64,000 nucleotides of DNA from Piromyces finnis finn (Eukaryota > Fungi > Neocallimastigomycota), in the NCBI GenBank assembly GCA_002104945.1, contig MCFH01000010.1, positions 868,001 to 932,000 on the forward strand, written 5' to 3'. A program made the position numbers and the translations under genes. The notes beneath the pieces were generated by a model. It saw only the letters and a list, made by a program, of their open reading frames with translations, did not search any database and had not been told where the DNA came from. This document shows positions 40,156 through 55,519 of the stretch, in pieces. Position 1 is the first letter of the stretch, and the number at the start of each line of letters is the position of its first letter.

Positions 40156-43100
40156 ATGTCTTCACCAATAGCAAAATCTCTAAAAGATTCATATAATAAG
40201 ACTTCACTACCTACACCCTCACCATCCTCACTATCATCAACATCAACATCATCAACCCTATCTTCATCCTCAATCTTATTTTCATCAAAGAAAAATTCAT
40301 ACAAAAGTGTTTTATCCCCTTCATCTCCTGTATCACTATCACCCACATCAACTTCAAGTAAAAATGATTCCAAAAGTGATGATACTACTGATATCATAAG
40401 TAAACTTAGCAATAAAGAAAAAATTAATGGTACAAAAATATTAAAACAACCAATATCAAATATCACAAAACTGAGTCAATCTGATTCCAAACAAAAAAAC
40501 CATAAACCTATAAAGATAAATATAAAAGATATTTTTTCTCATGATGGATCATCCCAAAATAATACTGATGATAGTGATACAACAAAATCACAAGTAAAAT
40601 CTAAAGTTGTTGCATCCTTAAAAGATAAATATAGTAACACTTATAAGTTAGCTCCTTATATTGTAACTGATGTCGATTTAAATAATATTGATTTTGAGTT
40701 AAATATAACTAAAGCAAAAGAAAATGCTAATAATGGTAATTTTTTTATATTAGATTGTTATTATATAATATTATAAAAATAATTTACACAATTCAAAATG
40801 TTACAAATTTAACTTAATTTATTTTATTATTGTTATTATTATAATTTTATCAAATTAAATATTTAATATATTTTTAACAATATAAAACATTAAATGTATA
40901 ATTTTTATTGTTTGAAATAATTCTAATTAAATTAAATTAATTAGATTCATCGAAAAAGAATGTAAGTAATAGTACGGACAAAGATAAATCATCAAAAAGT
41001 AGTTCGGATAAAGATAAAAGTTCAAAAAGTAAATCAGATGGTAAAAGTTCATCATCAAATAGTAAATTCAGCAGTTCAAAATCAAGGAGTGATAAAGATA
41101 GAGACAGAGAAAGAGATAGAGATAAAGACAAAGATAAAGATAAGGACAAGGACAGAGAAACTTCATCGTCTGATAATCGTAGTAGCAAAAATAGATCACA
41201 TAGTCATAGTAGGCATAGTCATGATCATAGAAGTAGTCATAGTAGTCATAAGTCAAGTCATTCATCAAGTAATAGAAGTAATAGAAGTGTAAGTCATAGT
41301 CGAAGCTCACATAAACATAGAAGTCATAGTAGTCATTACAGTAGGAGTCGAAGAAGTAGTAGAAGTTATAGCCGTAGTCGTTCTAGTAGTCATAGCCATA
41401 GTCGCAGTCGTAGCCGTAGTCCAAGTTATAGTAGAAGTCGTAGTCGTAGCCATAGCCATAGTCGTAGTCGTAGTAGAAGTACAAGCCGTAATAGTCATAG
41501 CCGTAGTAGAAGTTCAAGTGTTGTTGAAAGACGTAAACGTTCTCATAGTCAAACTAAAGTATCGAATAATTCATCAACTGATCAACATGAAAGTTCCAGC
41601 AAACATAGTTCTAGTAATAGTAGCAATAGCCATAAAAGAAAATCAAAAAGTCATAGAAAACATAGTAGAACAAGTAGTCATAATAACACAAATATGAGTG
41701 ATATTGAAGAAATTGGTAAATATTCTAAGTTATTTATAATAATATATATATATATATATGTTCTTTAAATTTCATTTTAGAAAGTCAGAAGTGAAAACTG
41801 ATATAAAAAATTTCATATAATTAATTAATACAAACAATTATGTATATAATTATAATTTATTATTATAGATATAAAAAAGGAAAGCAAAAGTTCTTCAAAA
41901 GATAGTAAAAGTGATACTAAATCAGATGATTCAAAAAAGCGTGATAATTCAGATAATAAGAGCAAAAATAGTAAAAGTAGTGATAGCAGTAGAAATAAAA
42001 GTCATGATAATAAAAATGATGATGAAAGTCGGAAATCATCAAATAAGGATAGAGCTCCAAAGATAAAGATTAAAACTGCAAGTATAGTATCAAAAAAGAG
42101 TAGTAGTCACGATTCTAAATCAACAGACAAAGATAAATCAGAAAGAAAATCTGATGATAAAAGAAATAGAGAAAAAGATTCAAAGGATAATAATCGTAAA
42201 GAAAGTGCAGTAGAAGAAACCAAAAATAATAAGGATAATAATCATAAAAAATATAAATCCAAGATTAAGGAAGATAAAATGGAAATAATAAAAGAAAAAA
42301 TAACAAATGAATCAAATAAATCGAATAAGAAAGATGATGTTGATATGGTTGACGCTTCTTTAGATAAAAAAGATAAAATCAGTGAGACTGATGAATCATT
42401 AAATAAATCAGTAACAAAAGTAGATAAAAATAATATTAACAAGGAAACAATTATATTGAACGAAATAGATGAAAAATCTAAAAATTCAAAAAAAGATAGT
42501 GCAGGAAAAGAAACAAAAATTAAGATTATTATTGCAAATGATAAAGAAGACGAGGATAAAAATTTAAAATTAATAGAGAAAAATAAAAATCAAGATAATG
42601 CTATGGAAGTAGAAAAAATTGATATAAAAGAAACCACGGAAAATGAAATAGAAGAAAATCCAAAAGAAATAATTGAACTAGCAAAAGAAGATGAAGGTAA
42701 AGAAGAAAGTATAAAAGAAAATAATGATATAAATATAAATATTGAAGATAATAATGATAAAATTATAAATCAAGAAGATATTACAAACACAACTAAATCA
42801 GAGGATCAATCAAAACAATCGATATCAGCACCAGTATCAATAACACCATCAAATATTGAAATAACACAAAATCAAGATAGTAATTTAAATACATCAGTAG
42901 TATCAACATCAGCAGCGACACCAAGTAAAAGTTCGATAAATAGAAGAGATAAACGTAAAAAGAAGAATATAAATGATTCAGTATTGAAGGCCAATGAAGA
43001 ACGTAAAAAGAGAATAAAATTAGTAGTAAAAGTTATAGATGAAGTACCTTTAGAAAAGTTTATTGAAACTCTAGGAATAAATCTTGATTTCAACAATACC

Positions 43101-43253
43101 ATCGATAATAATAACTTTTCAATAAAGAATGATGTTAAATCAGTGACAGCTATTCCAGAAAAACAAAAAACTGGTAATGATAAAGAATTTGTATTTGATG
43201 TAATGAAATTTGATTCCAATATAATGAAAAAGTTAAACGATTTAGTAAAATAA
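40156..43253 (+). CDS. Ser/Arg-rich (RS-domain) low-complexity protein with possible C-terminal ET/ANC1-homology-like domain, 911 aa, 3 exons
   Basis: Exons 40156-40735, 40945-41715 and 41869-43253; both introns are phase 1 and GT-AG. Exon 2 encodes DKDRDREKER and SRSRSHSHSRSRSR repeats. The C-terminus EFVFDVMKFDSNIMKKLNDLVK resembles the AF9/ENL AHD ending FDFDLxSLDxxTVxKLQSYL. Confidence 0.72.
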
Positions 43254-44585
43254 GAAAAGCAAAAATAATAATTTATTTATAAATACTACAGTGAAAAGTT
43301 TAATAAAATTAGTAATAATTATATGATATGGCATTTATTATACTTTACGAACTAAATTCAAACTAATGATAATATAACAATACAATCGTTATATATATAA
43401 TAAAAATGTATATACCTTTTCATATATTTTGTGAAGTATACATAATAACCACTAATATGATTATCATATTTTATTATTTCATTATTCAAAAATGTATTTT
43501 TTTTTTTTTTAAAAAAATTATATAGCCTTTAAATAATAATATATCGTAGTAGTAATTAATTTCTCTCTCTTTTTTTTTTTTTATAGTTTTATTTAAAATA
43601 AAAAATTTTAATTATTCAACCTTGATTATATTCTTTTTTTTTTTTTTATAAAAGTATTTTTTTATTTCATTTTTTTTTTTTAAAAAAAAAAAAATTATTT
43701 TTAAAGTATAAATTAAATAAAATTAAATTTATCATATAGTATATATATATAAATAAATAAATAAATTGTTTTAATTAGTTCAAGTGTAACAATGGGTAGA
43801 TTATAAAAAAAAAATGTCAAGTTTAAAAAAAAAAAAGATATAAATTTCAATAGATTTATTAAAAAATAATAATAAAATCATTCATGTGCCATCTAAAATA
43901 ATTCTTCCATGATGGGTCAAAAAATTTAAAAACTATAATATATATATTTTCAATTAACCTTTTGATTCTTAAAAAATAAAAGGTAAAAACGGGAGGAAAA
44001 TTTTATAAATAATAATTAAAAGCACAAACGATGAAATATCATAATTAAATATTATTAAAATGGATTAAAAATAAAGTCTATTTTTAATTTTTTTTTTTTT
44101 TTATTAGTGGATAATAATAATAATAATAATAATAAAACTGGAATTATTTCATATTTACAAAAAATATATATTTTTTTCTTTTTCTTTTATTATTTTTGTT
44201 TTTAATATATGTGTATATATAAATATATAAATGATATAGATGGCTATAAAATTGTATCAAAAAAAAATATTCATTTCAATAGATTTATAAAAAAAAAATA
44301 TTAAAATAAATGAAATATATAAATTGTTATAATTATTTAAAGTTAAAACAATAAATAATATATAAATAGTAAAAAAAAAAAAAAAAAAAAAAAAATGGTG
44401 CCTAAATAGTTATTTAAAATATAAAAGATAAATGAAAATTATTTAAAAATGAGATAAATGAAAATAAAATAACTGAATTTATAAAAATAATATACATATT
44501 TTGTGGGTGTATAATGTGTGTAATATATTAAAATTTATTTATTTTGTTTTATTTTTTATTGAATATCTATGAAAAATAAAGCGAA

Positions 44586-47500
44586 TTAATTAATTGATGA
44601 TGAAGGTGTAGAAATACCTGGGCTTGGTGTAGATATAGTGGTAGAGGAATTATTTTTTAAATTTGTTAAACTAGAAGGAATAGGTAAAACATTGATATTA
44701 CTATTGGTATGAATTTTCAAATTTGGACTTGAATGTTTACGATTTTTAAATAACAAATTTGATGGAAATAATTGTTGTTGTGATATGGATGATGTATTAT
44801 TTATGTTTCTTTTTGTCATTAAGGATGGTATTGAAGTAGTTTTTGGTGAATGATAGGATGAATGTGGTGATAATGATAATATTGGTGTACTCTTTGGTGA
44901 TTTAAGGATTTTCTTAGGAATATAGGAACAATTATTTATATTGGGATTAATATTTTCAATGAGAGGTGATGTACTATTCAATTTTGATGAACTAACTTGT
45001 ATTATTGGTGAATGTGTTTTCATTATGTTTTCATTTCTATTGAGAAGGTAAGATGATTTTTTGGAAAGCATTAAATTTTGTGTAGGTTGAATAGCTGGAC
45101 TTAATTTCTTATTATTATAATGAGTGATTGTTGGATTTTTAAGATTAGATGGTGAAATGCTATCATAATAAATGGGAGAATGATTAGAAAGTTTACTTTT
45201 TCCAAGATTTGAATAAGATGACCTTTGAGTATTTGTTGTGCTTTGACTAATAAAGTGGTGAGTTGGAGCAGGGGAATTAAATAAATTTTTATTTTGGATA
45301 TTTAAGGTAGGTGGTGATATAGGTGATTTATTATATGGTGAACTTTTAGATGTTGTTCCATTGACTTGATTATTATTTGGTGAATATGGGGAAGGAGAAC
45401 CTGTATTACTGAAGAAGCTATCATCACTTAATTTATTGCGTAATGGAGAAACAAGATTTTTTGTTTTTTTATATTGTAAACTACCATTGCTTTTACTTTT
45501 TTTCAGATTTTTCAAGGGTGAAGTACTTACTGGCTTTGGTATAGCAGAGTTTGGAGAAGAGGCTGAGCTATTACTTGGATTTTCAATAGTTAAATTATCA
45601 TTTGAATTTTTATTTTTTGAGGTGAGAGAATGATGACTCATTTTCTTTTTAAGATAAGATTTAATAGAGGACTTTTTCTTATTTGGACTAGTTTTTTGAT
45701 CTTCTGTTTCTTGAATGTTATTGGTAACAGTATTTAAATGATTAAGTGATTCTATACGACAATTAGTAATAACTAAAGGCTCTTCTTTGTTAATATTAGT
45801 AGAGTTATGATTTCTATTTATTACATTATTCAATGGTAATTCATTTTTAATTATGTGATTATTAGGTGTTAATATTTGACTATTTTTCTTTTCATAAAAG
45901 TCTTCTATTGAATCCTTTTTAGCTAACATAGTTAAATAGCGTTGATTAGCAAACTGTAAATGTTGATCAGATGGATAAAATATAAGACTGGATTTATTGG
46001 AATGATCATTATCATTTAATGATGATTCAATAATTTGATTAATTCTCTTGGATAATATTTCATGTTTTCTACTTTCAAATATTTCATCATCCAAATAAAT
46101 CCCATCAGTTCCTTGATTATTATCATTACTTTTGGAATTGATACTTAAATCTTCGATTTGATTAGCTACAGTATTGATAAATTTATTTTCATTTTGAGTA
46201 TTTATTAATTTACTTTGTTGTTGAGGTTTTGTATCGTATTCTTTTATTAAATTATTACTATTATTGATGATATTATCATTACTGCTATTTGCTTCGTCGG
46301 ATAAAGGTGTTGTATTTAAATGATGATCTTTATTAAGATTGATATAACAGTTATACATTGAATTAAGTTCTTCAGCGCTTTTCTTCGAATGACGTAATAC
46401 AGAGGCTGTATTTGAAGATGATCTTTCTGGTATAGATGGCTGATCTTCAATTTTTTCATTAAGATTTTTATTATTTTTCTTCGATATGTCTATTTTTTCC
46501 ATCTTATTAATACTATTTTCTCCCTTTTCCATATTTAAATATTTTTCTATTATATTTATATGATTTTTATCAGAAGAATTAGTTAATTCTAAATTATTAA
46601 ATGCATCCGTATTTTGCTTAACATTCGTATCTTTACTTTTCTTCTTTCTTAACTCATTGTAACGTATTTTATTATTATTACTAGCAATCTTAAAGATTTC
46701 ATTTGTATTATCAATATCAGCTTCATCAGCATTTGGAACAGTATTATTGTATTTCCAATTTCCAATATTAGTTTTATCATTTTCAAGGCTAAAATCAGAT
46801 ACCGGTGAATTAAACATTGGTGATAATGAATTACGTTCTCTTCTTTCTTCAATAGCATTCATTTCTCTCTTTTTTCTATCATCCGTATCGTTTACAAGTT
46901 TAACTCGTTCATTTTGCCATTTACTATAGTTTCCTAAAAGTCTAATCTTTTTATTATGCAATGCTTCATATAATTTCTTTATAGCTAAAAATATTTTTTC
47001 CATACTCATGAAGACATAAATATATTGATCATCTAATTGACTTTGTTGAATTTTACTATTAGTTGGATTAACAGGAACTCCTTTTTCAATTATATTTTTT
47101 TGATCTGGATGTATGCTAACATTAATATTGTTTAAACTAATATTCATATTAGTATCATTCTCAATATCACTGTCAATATATTGACCAAGAATAACTTCTG
47201 AAAATTTCCTATCTGATAGAATTTTATTTTTATTTATATTCTTTTGGTCCATATTTGAATTTTTATGAATTTGAGAATAATAATTCTTATGATTCTTTCC
47301 GTTACTTTTTTCAATCTCCTTTGGTATATTTTTATTATCAATTTTTTTATCTGTAATATTATCATTACCGTTATTATTAATGTTTCGAGTACCCTTAAGA
47401 ATATCTTCAATAGCAGTACAAGTAATGTGATAGGCAGTCAATTTATTATTAAGTTCTTTTGCAGCAATACGACAAGTCATTGTTTTTTGAATTTGCTTTT

Positions 47501-48389
47501 GTTTTAATTTCCAAGTTGTCGTAGTAGTAGTTGTGGTTGTAGTGGTTGTAGTGGTTGTAGTAGTTGTAGTAGTAGTAGTTATTATAGATGAAGAATCAAA
47601 TTCAGAAGAAAATTCAGAAGAATTATCAGAGAGGGATAATGGTTCATCTCTATCGCCACTGATTTCTCTTTCATCGAATTCATATCCATCTTCATCATAA
47701 TCATCACTACTACTAGTGAAATGAATATCCTTTTCCTCAACTGAATTTAGGATGTTAGTATTATTTAAGTTTTCCATTAATTGTGAATTTTCAATACCAA
47801 GATTTGTATAGCTATTCTTTGCATTTAATTTGATATTATGATGACTATACTTTTTAATTAAATCTTTTCTTTTTTCAGTCATTATTTTCATCGATGGCAT
47901 TTGCATTTCATCTAAACTCTTTTTATTGTTTAAAAAGTTTGAATTAAGTGTATCATTAGTAGTCATTGGATAATAAATATCCTGAGAAGAAAATGATTGA
48001 TTTAAATCATTCTCCAATAAACTATTTTTACCATTAAGCATTTTACTATTTTCATAATAATTATATTCTTTATTTTCCAATGCTAATTTTCTTTCAGAAA
48101 TATTTACATTTTTTATATTTTCCAAAACTTTCATTAATTCCCCGTTAAAGAAATCAATATCATTAATAAGTCCTTCGTGAATATATTTTAACATTTCTAT
48201 ATCAAATACATATAATGAATTAAATTGTGGTTCAGGCAAAGAATTTATTAATTGCTTAATCATTTCAAAAACAGGTTTATATATTGAGTATTTATCATCA
48301 ATATATTCATTTTTATTATTAAGAACTTTTTCAATAAAACTATTAGAATCACTATTGGTAGTGTCAAGATTAGTTACATCCAAAATAAA

Positions 48390-48431
<42 letters not shown>

Positions 48432-50798
48432 TTCGGAATTATTTGTGAATCCATTGTTCAGAATATTATTTTCGTTATTATTATTAAACATATTATTGTC
48501 ATATGTTGCCTTATCAACGTTGTTATTCATAAATTCGTCATTAACAAAACGTAAGTTTTGATCAAATGAATAGAGAAGTGATTGAATTTGATTTATTAAT
48601 GTTTTATAATATTTTGTTTTTGGTAATTCTTCATTTTCTATACGGTTGATTTCTGTGTTATTTTTTATATAATTTATTTCATCTAGCTTTTCTGCATTGT
48701 TATCTGTAGAATTTGTACTATTTTTTAATTCATGCTTTTCTTCACTTTGAATTTCTATTGTATTTTGTTTATAATCTTTATCTAAATCATGATTGTCCTT
48801 ATCTTTTTTAAATAATTTAAATATCATGCTTTTCTTTTTTGGAACTACCTTTTTTGTAGAAGAAATAGTATATTCATTTTTATGCCTTTCTTGGCGTTCT
48901 TTTTCCTTTTTTTCCTTCTTTTTCTTCTTTTTTTGTTCTTTCTTTAAACTAGCTTCTAATTTTTTTCTTTCTTTTAGTGAATACTCATTATCATGTTCTT
49001 TACTTTTTATTCTCTTTTTAGAATCTTTACCTTTTGTATATAGTGAAAATAAATTCAAAAAAGAATTTGATGAAACTTTTGTAATTTCAGAATAGGTATA
49101 ATCTAAATGCGATGCTTGTTGATTTTCTGATATTTGTGAATCATTATCTTGTGATATCAATTTATTATTGTATTTATTTTCATCTATATTAGTTGCTTCT
49201 TCGATCATATTATTTCTTATTTCATGATAACGAAAAGTAAAAAGACTTCTCATTGAAATAAAGGTTTTTTTCATCAATTGAATAATATTATTGCATTCTG
49301 TCAAGTATGTATCAACAATTTTAGCTTGTTTTTGATAATTATAACTATATGCTTCACAGAGCCAAATATGATAATTTTCTGGTAGAGGGATAACACCTTC
49401 ATGAAGAATAAATCGAGTAAAAACATCAAGAACCTTTGATTGATTATTTATTTTAAATTGTTCAAATATTTGACTTGTAGTTATCATTGATTTATAAAAG
49501 TTGATATTAAATTGTTGTTCAAAAACTGATTTTACTTTATTTTTTCTTTTTGACTTTAAATTAAAATTACTTTCATCATCATCATCATTTTTATTCTTTT
49601 TGCTTTTTTTTTTATTTTCACTCAAATTTAAATTACTTTTACTTTTCTTCTTTTTAGTTTTTGATATCCTGTAATCATTTTCATTTTCTATTTCTAAATA
49701 TTCATCTTCATCGTCTTTACTATGTAGTGCTTCTATGAAATTTTTAACGCTTTCAGTATTATTGTTAAACAAGGCTTCTTTATCTGCTAATCTTATATTA
49801 GTGATATCATTATTTGATACCATAATATCGTTTCTACTAGATATTTTTTTTTCACTATTTTTTTCAGTTTTATTATTATTCAATATATAATTCGATGTGT
49901 TAACATTATATTCAAAATCAATATTAAGATCTTTATATATTGCAGAGACTGCATGAATTAGGCGTTCTTTAATATCAGGTGAAAAATTATTTACACTTTG
50001 AATAAATATTGATAAAAACATGTTTTTTTCTTTATATATAAATTCAGTTTGCCTTGCGATATTCCTTAATACTTTTTCATCTTCAAAATAATTTCCTAAA
50101 TAATGAGGTGGTGTTGATGGTGGTGTGGTATATAATGATAAATCTTTCTTCAATGCTAGTATATTTGGTGGAGGAAATGCCGCTGTATTTAATTCATCTT
50201 CATTTGTATTCGCAATTAATAAATTTAGTTTTTGATTATTAAAATAAGAATTCAATAAGCTCGAAGATGATGATACTGGTGTTAGCGAAGCAGATGTTTC
50301 TTTTGTTATTGGTGATATTAATAATTTTTCTTTATTTATATTGTTAAAATCGTCGAGATTTTGTTTAAAATGCTCGTATGCAATTTTTTTACTTCTTTTT
50401 ATTGACCTTAAAATAGTCATTAATTGTATATAACAATTTCTACTAATATCATTAATATAATATCTTCCATCAATAAGAACACTAATGATTTTTTTATGAG
50501 GTATACTAAATATACAATCTTTAATAATATATGTTCTCCATAAAGAAGGATCAACTTCTGGGTATAATATATGGATTATATCATCACCTAATGTTTGCTT
50601 TATTTTCTTTTTCTTTTTTAATTTGAAATTGCATGGGTTTGGTTTAAATGGAATTACTTCATATCTAATTTCAAAATTTAGATCATTATCAATATTGATG
50701 TTATTTAGATTTGAAAATAGCTCATTGATATTAAAAATAATATCATTTAAATTTTCAGTATTATTTGGTTCTAATCTTTGTATTATTCTAATTCTCAT
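44586..50798 (-). CDS. Uncharacterised 2070-aa Asn/Ser-rich protein, single exon
   Basis: 6.2-kb stop-free ORF with poly-N, poly-T and Lys-rich tracts and a Ser/Pro-rich C-terminus. No domain recognised. Confidence 0.8.
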
Positions 50799-53024
50799 TT
50801 TTTTATTATTATTACAATTTGTTTATATTTAAATGGAAAATTAATTTGTATATATTTGGATAATGTATAATATATATACTATCGAAAAAAAGGTATATTT
50901 TGATAAACAACGTTTTTTTTAATATATTTGACTTTATGATATATTAATTTTAGCTTTATTCTTTAATCATAAAAAAAAAAATAGATTTTATTATCTTTCT
51001 TTGTATTATTATTAATGGTAATAAAAGAAAGACATAAAATAAAATTGGATAATAAACTTTTCTTTTTTAAATATTAGTTCATTTCTATTATTTTATATAT
51101 TGTAAATATTTATATAAATATTAATTAGTAAATAAAAACTCATTTTAATTACAATAACATTAATTTTTTTTTTTTTAAAAAAAAGAAAAGAAAAGAAAAA
51201 ATAAACAATAAATTTTTATTTCTTCCTTTTTTTTCTTCCCTTTTCTTCTCTTCTCTTTTTTTTTTTTTTTATTGGAATTAAAAGAAACTAGATAATTGAA
51301 TTTAAAAAGGAAGAAATATTAAACATTTAATATAATTAATTAAATCCTATTATAATAATTTATTGAATAAATTATTGAAACAAATTTCTATTTTTAAAAA
51401 CGTTAAAAAAAAATAATATTAAGTGATTAGAATGAATATATATACTTAAAACATATTTGTTTGTATTTTAAAAATTCTTTTGCAATTTTGGATAGAGTAT
51501 ATTGTTTAAAGGTTGGGAAAATGAGTATTGTGATTTTAATTGAAAAATTAATAATATTTAAATCTTTATTTTTTTAAATTTTTGATTTATTTATGTTTAT
51601 TTTATTGGAGTAATACTGAATATATGATTTATATTGTATAATTTTTAATAAATTTCTATAAAATAATATTAATTATTTAAATTTAAATCTATTTACAAAA
51701 ATTCAATTAATATTAAAAGTAAAAAAAAGTTAGTATATTTCTCAATTTTTGCATTATTTTTAATTTTTAATAATTAATTATTATTATTATTTAAATTATA
51801 ATTATTAAATAAAAAAAAAAAACTAACATATTACCATTATTTATTAAAATATAATGTAATATATAAAATTTATTATTATATAAAAAACTACTTTTAATAT
51901 AATAAATGAAAATTGAATATATAATATTAGAATATATGGTAATAAATTATAATATATAATATTTATATTAAAATATATTGTGTAATATATTGTCTATATA
52001 ATAACTTTTACCATTACCATATTAATATAAACGATTTGTCTAATATCAATATGTTTCAACTACATAAATCTAATCTAATTATATATTATAAAATATAAGA
52101 ATTAATTTATATTCTATATTATAAATATTATGAATGAAGAAATTTGATAAATTAAGTTTTTGAGAATTGAATTTTAATATATAAAATATATATATATAGT
52201 TAAATTAAATTTAATAATAGTAAAATTTAAATTTAAAAAAAAAAAAAAAAAACCTGAGGAAGAAAAAAAAGAAGAGTCATAATAAGATATACATAGCATG
52301 ATAGAAAGTAAATAAACTGCAATAAAATAATAAAATATTATCAATAAAAGAAAAAAATATAAAATGAATCTTCATTATATAAGCATCAAAATAATCTTTA
52401 AATTCATAATAATACGACTTTTATAATCTAACATTTTTAATTAATAATTATTATTGTAATATTCAATTATTCCATTTAATTAATTTTTTTAATTAATGAT
52501 TATCATTATTATTTATCATAATGTTATCTGTGTTATTTTCTGTAAATGTTAATATAAAAATAATTATTATTTTTATTGTGGGATTAAAATTAATAGTATA
52601 AATATGTAATTTTATGTTTTTTTTGTTTGTTTTTTATTAAATATATTTTCATTTATTTTTTTGTTTTATTCATTACTAGCATTATATTTTCTTAAAAACT
52701 ATAATTCCTGAATTATATAAAAGAAATAAATATTATTATTTTTAATGAATTTATATTTATCACATAAAGAAAATTGTGGTATTTTCCTCCATTTTTTTTT
52801 TTTTTTGAAATAAGTAATAATTTGCTATTTAGTAAAACTAGATGTATTTATTTTAAAAAAAATACATTCTATTTATTTGAACAAACTTTTATTATTGGCT
52901 AGAAAATAGATGAGTTTTAATATTACAACATTACACAAAAATAAAAAAAATTATTAAAAATTTTATTTATACTTTAATTATTGAAACATTAAATAAAAAA
53001 TGGAAATAACATATACTAATACTA

Positions 53025-53212
<188 letters not shown>

Positions 53213-53384
53213 GTAAAAATAGTAAAAATAGTAAAAAACATTGAATGTATTAAAAATAATAATATATGAGATTTAAAAATATTTATTATTATCATTATTT
53301 TAAATTAACTACATATTTAATACAATTTAAACGATATTATTGACTACTCTTTAATATAACATAATACTATTATTAATGATAATA

Positions 53385-54727
53385 TTATTCCTGAGATTGT
53401 TGCTCTTGTTTCTTTCTTTCTTCTTCTTTTCTTTTTTTGTAATGTTCTTCACATACATAATCATTATTATACATATAAGCTTTCATATCATCAAATGGCT
53501 TTTGACAGTCCTAAAATGTGTTAAAAAATTTAATTAGAAAAGTTTAAATCGTAATATTAATATATATTAAATAATTATAAGCTTACATAGCCTAAAGATA
53601 TTATTGTTTTGGTAAAAAAATACAAATATTAAATATATATATAATAATATATAAATAAAATATTATATTGTAATTAAAATAGTATTTAATTATATAAATT
53701 ATAATATTTACAGCAGAAACATTTAACATGATATTTTTTATCACCAACACATATTGCTTCTTTTACATCTCCAGTTGGCCTAATTTTATCATGACATCTA
53801 TTACATACTGGTAAATACTTATTTTCATAATCTTCTTGGCATAAGAATAAACCATCTTTATTATAATATCTTCCATTTAAGACCTTTCCACATACAGACT
53901 ATTTTAATTTAAAATTACATATTTTTTCAATAAAAATTAATTTAATAGAATTAATTATTTATAATAGATTATATTCAAATCATGTATTCTATAATCTAAT
54001 ACAATTTAAGTTTTTTTTTTTTTTTTGAATATTTACACATTTGAAACAATCCAGGTGGTATTTTTTATTTCCTACAACGGCAAGTTCGTTAAGAAGTGGT
54101 TTTCCGCAAATTTCACAAATACCAATAACTTCATTTTCATAATCTTTTTGACAGTATGGTTTACCATCTTTAACATAATATGGATTAGTCCCGAATTTTT
54201 CTTTACATATAAAACATACAAAGTGATCTTGATGGAATGTTTTATCCATAGCATAAATACCATCTCCTATTACTGGTTCTATTATGATATTATATATGTA
54301 TAATACATACATAAATAATTAATTTATTGTTCTTAGTTTTATTATATAATAGTTTATATTTCAAATAAGATGAACAAAAAACTTTTACCTCCACATGTTG
54401 CACAAAGACCTTTATATATATATATGTTTTTTTTTTTTTCAAATGAAAATATAAATTGAAAATTATAATTAACATTTTTTAAAATATAATATTTAAATAT
54501 GTGGTATATGATATAATCTTGTTTTATGATGCTGAATTAAGTTTACCTTTAAAGTTTGGAATATTAACATATTGAAGATCTATTATTGTATATAAAAAAC
54601 ATAAATATTACAAAGTATGAAAATACTTTTATATTAATAACTAAATAGATAAACTTGATATACTAAATAATAAATTACCTTTGGTTAAAGTAGCTTCAAG
54701 TTCATCAAGCTCGTCTAATTGATCCAT
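53385..54727 (-). CDS. Three-LIM-domain, paxillin-like protein, 209 aa, 6 exons including 21-nt and 5-nt micro-exons
   Basis: Exons 54727-54679, 54409-54389, 54278-54037, 53898-53712, 53591-53587 and 53510-53385 total 630 nt and are all GT-AG. They give three complete LIM fingers (CATC..HQDHFVCFIC..YCQKDY; CEIC..HLDCFKCSVC..LCQEDY; CNRC..HVKCFCCYDC..VCEEH). The N-terminus MDQLDELDELEATL is LD-motif-like. Confidence 0.88.
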
Positions 54728-55519
54728 TTTTTATTAATTTCGTTTTATATATTTTGTAATTTATGATTAAAAAAATATAAAGGAAATTTATTAAAATTAA
54801 TGGTATATATGCTATTTGGTGAAATCTATATGTAATTTAATTAAACTTTATATTCTTATTTGTTAAACTTTTTTCATATAAATTGTAAATTTTAAAAATA
54901 AAAAGTGAAGTTATAATAAATATTTTTAATCTATAACTAGAAATTTATCAAATATAAGGAAATTTATTTGCTGGCATGTTATATTTAATTAAGTTTTTGA
55001 AAAAATATAATAATAATAATAATAATATTATTATAGAATCAGAAAACTGTAAAAATTATATTTAATTTTAATAATGAATTAAACTTTTTTTTTAAATAAA
55101 AATAGTATCTTTTTATATTTAATATTTATATATAATAAAATTACTTATTATTTTCGCTCTTATAAAATTAAATATATAAAATCCTGGATGTATTAATTAA
55201 TATTGCACATTACATTTTATTATTGTAATTTGTGTTAATTTCCTATATCTTGTCTTTTTTGAAACTAAAATAATTTTATTATTGGTAATGATAGTATTAT
55301 TATAGTCATTATTTAATAAAATCTTTTATGATAAACCAATTTATATATAAATATATATGATTCAATCATGTCTAATTTTAATTTAAAGTGTTAAAGTAAT
55401 ATAAAATTTCGAAAATCAGTATCATTTAATTTAAATTTTGTAATTATTATTATTGCTTTTATTATTGGTTTATATATAATCATCCTTATTATTTTTTTTT
55501 TTTTTTTTTTTTTTATTTT

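Noticed and set aside
40937-41498. Several short ORFs on both strands (LSLSLS, YDYY, TTTT types)
   Set aside because: They are alternative frames of the RS/DK repeat exon 40945-41715.
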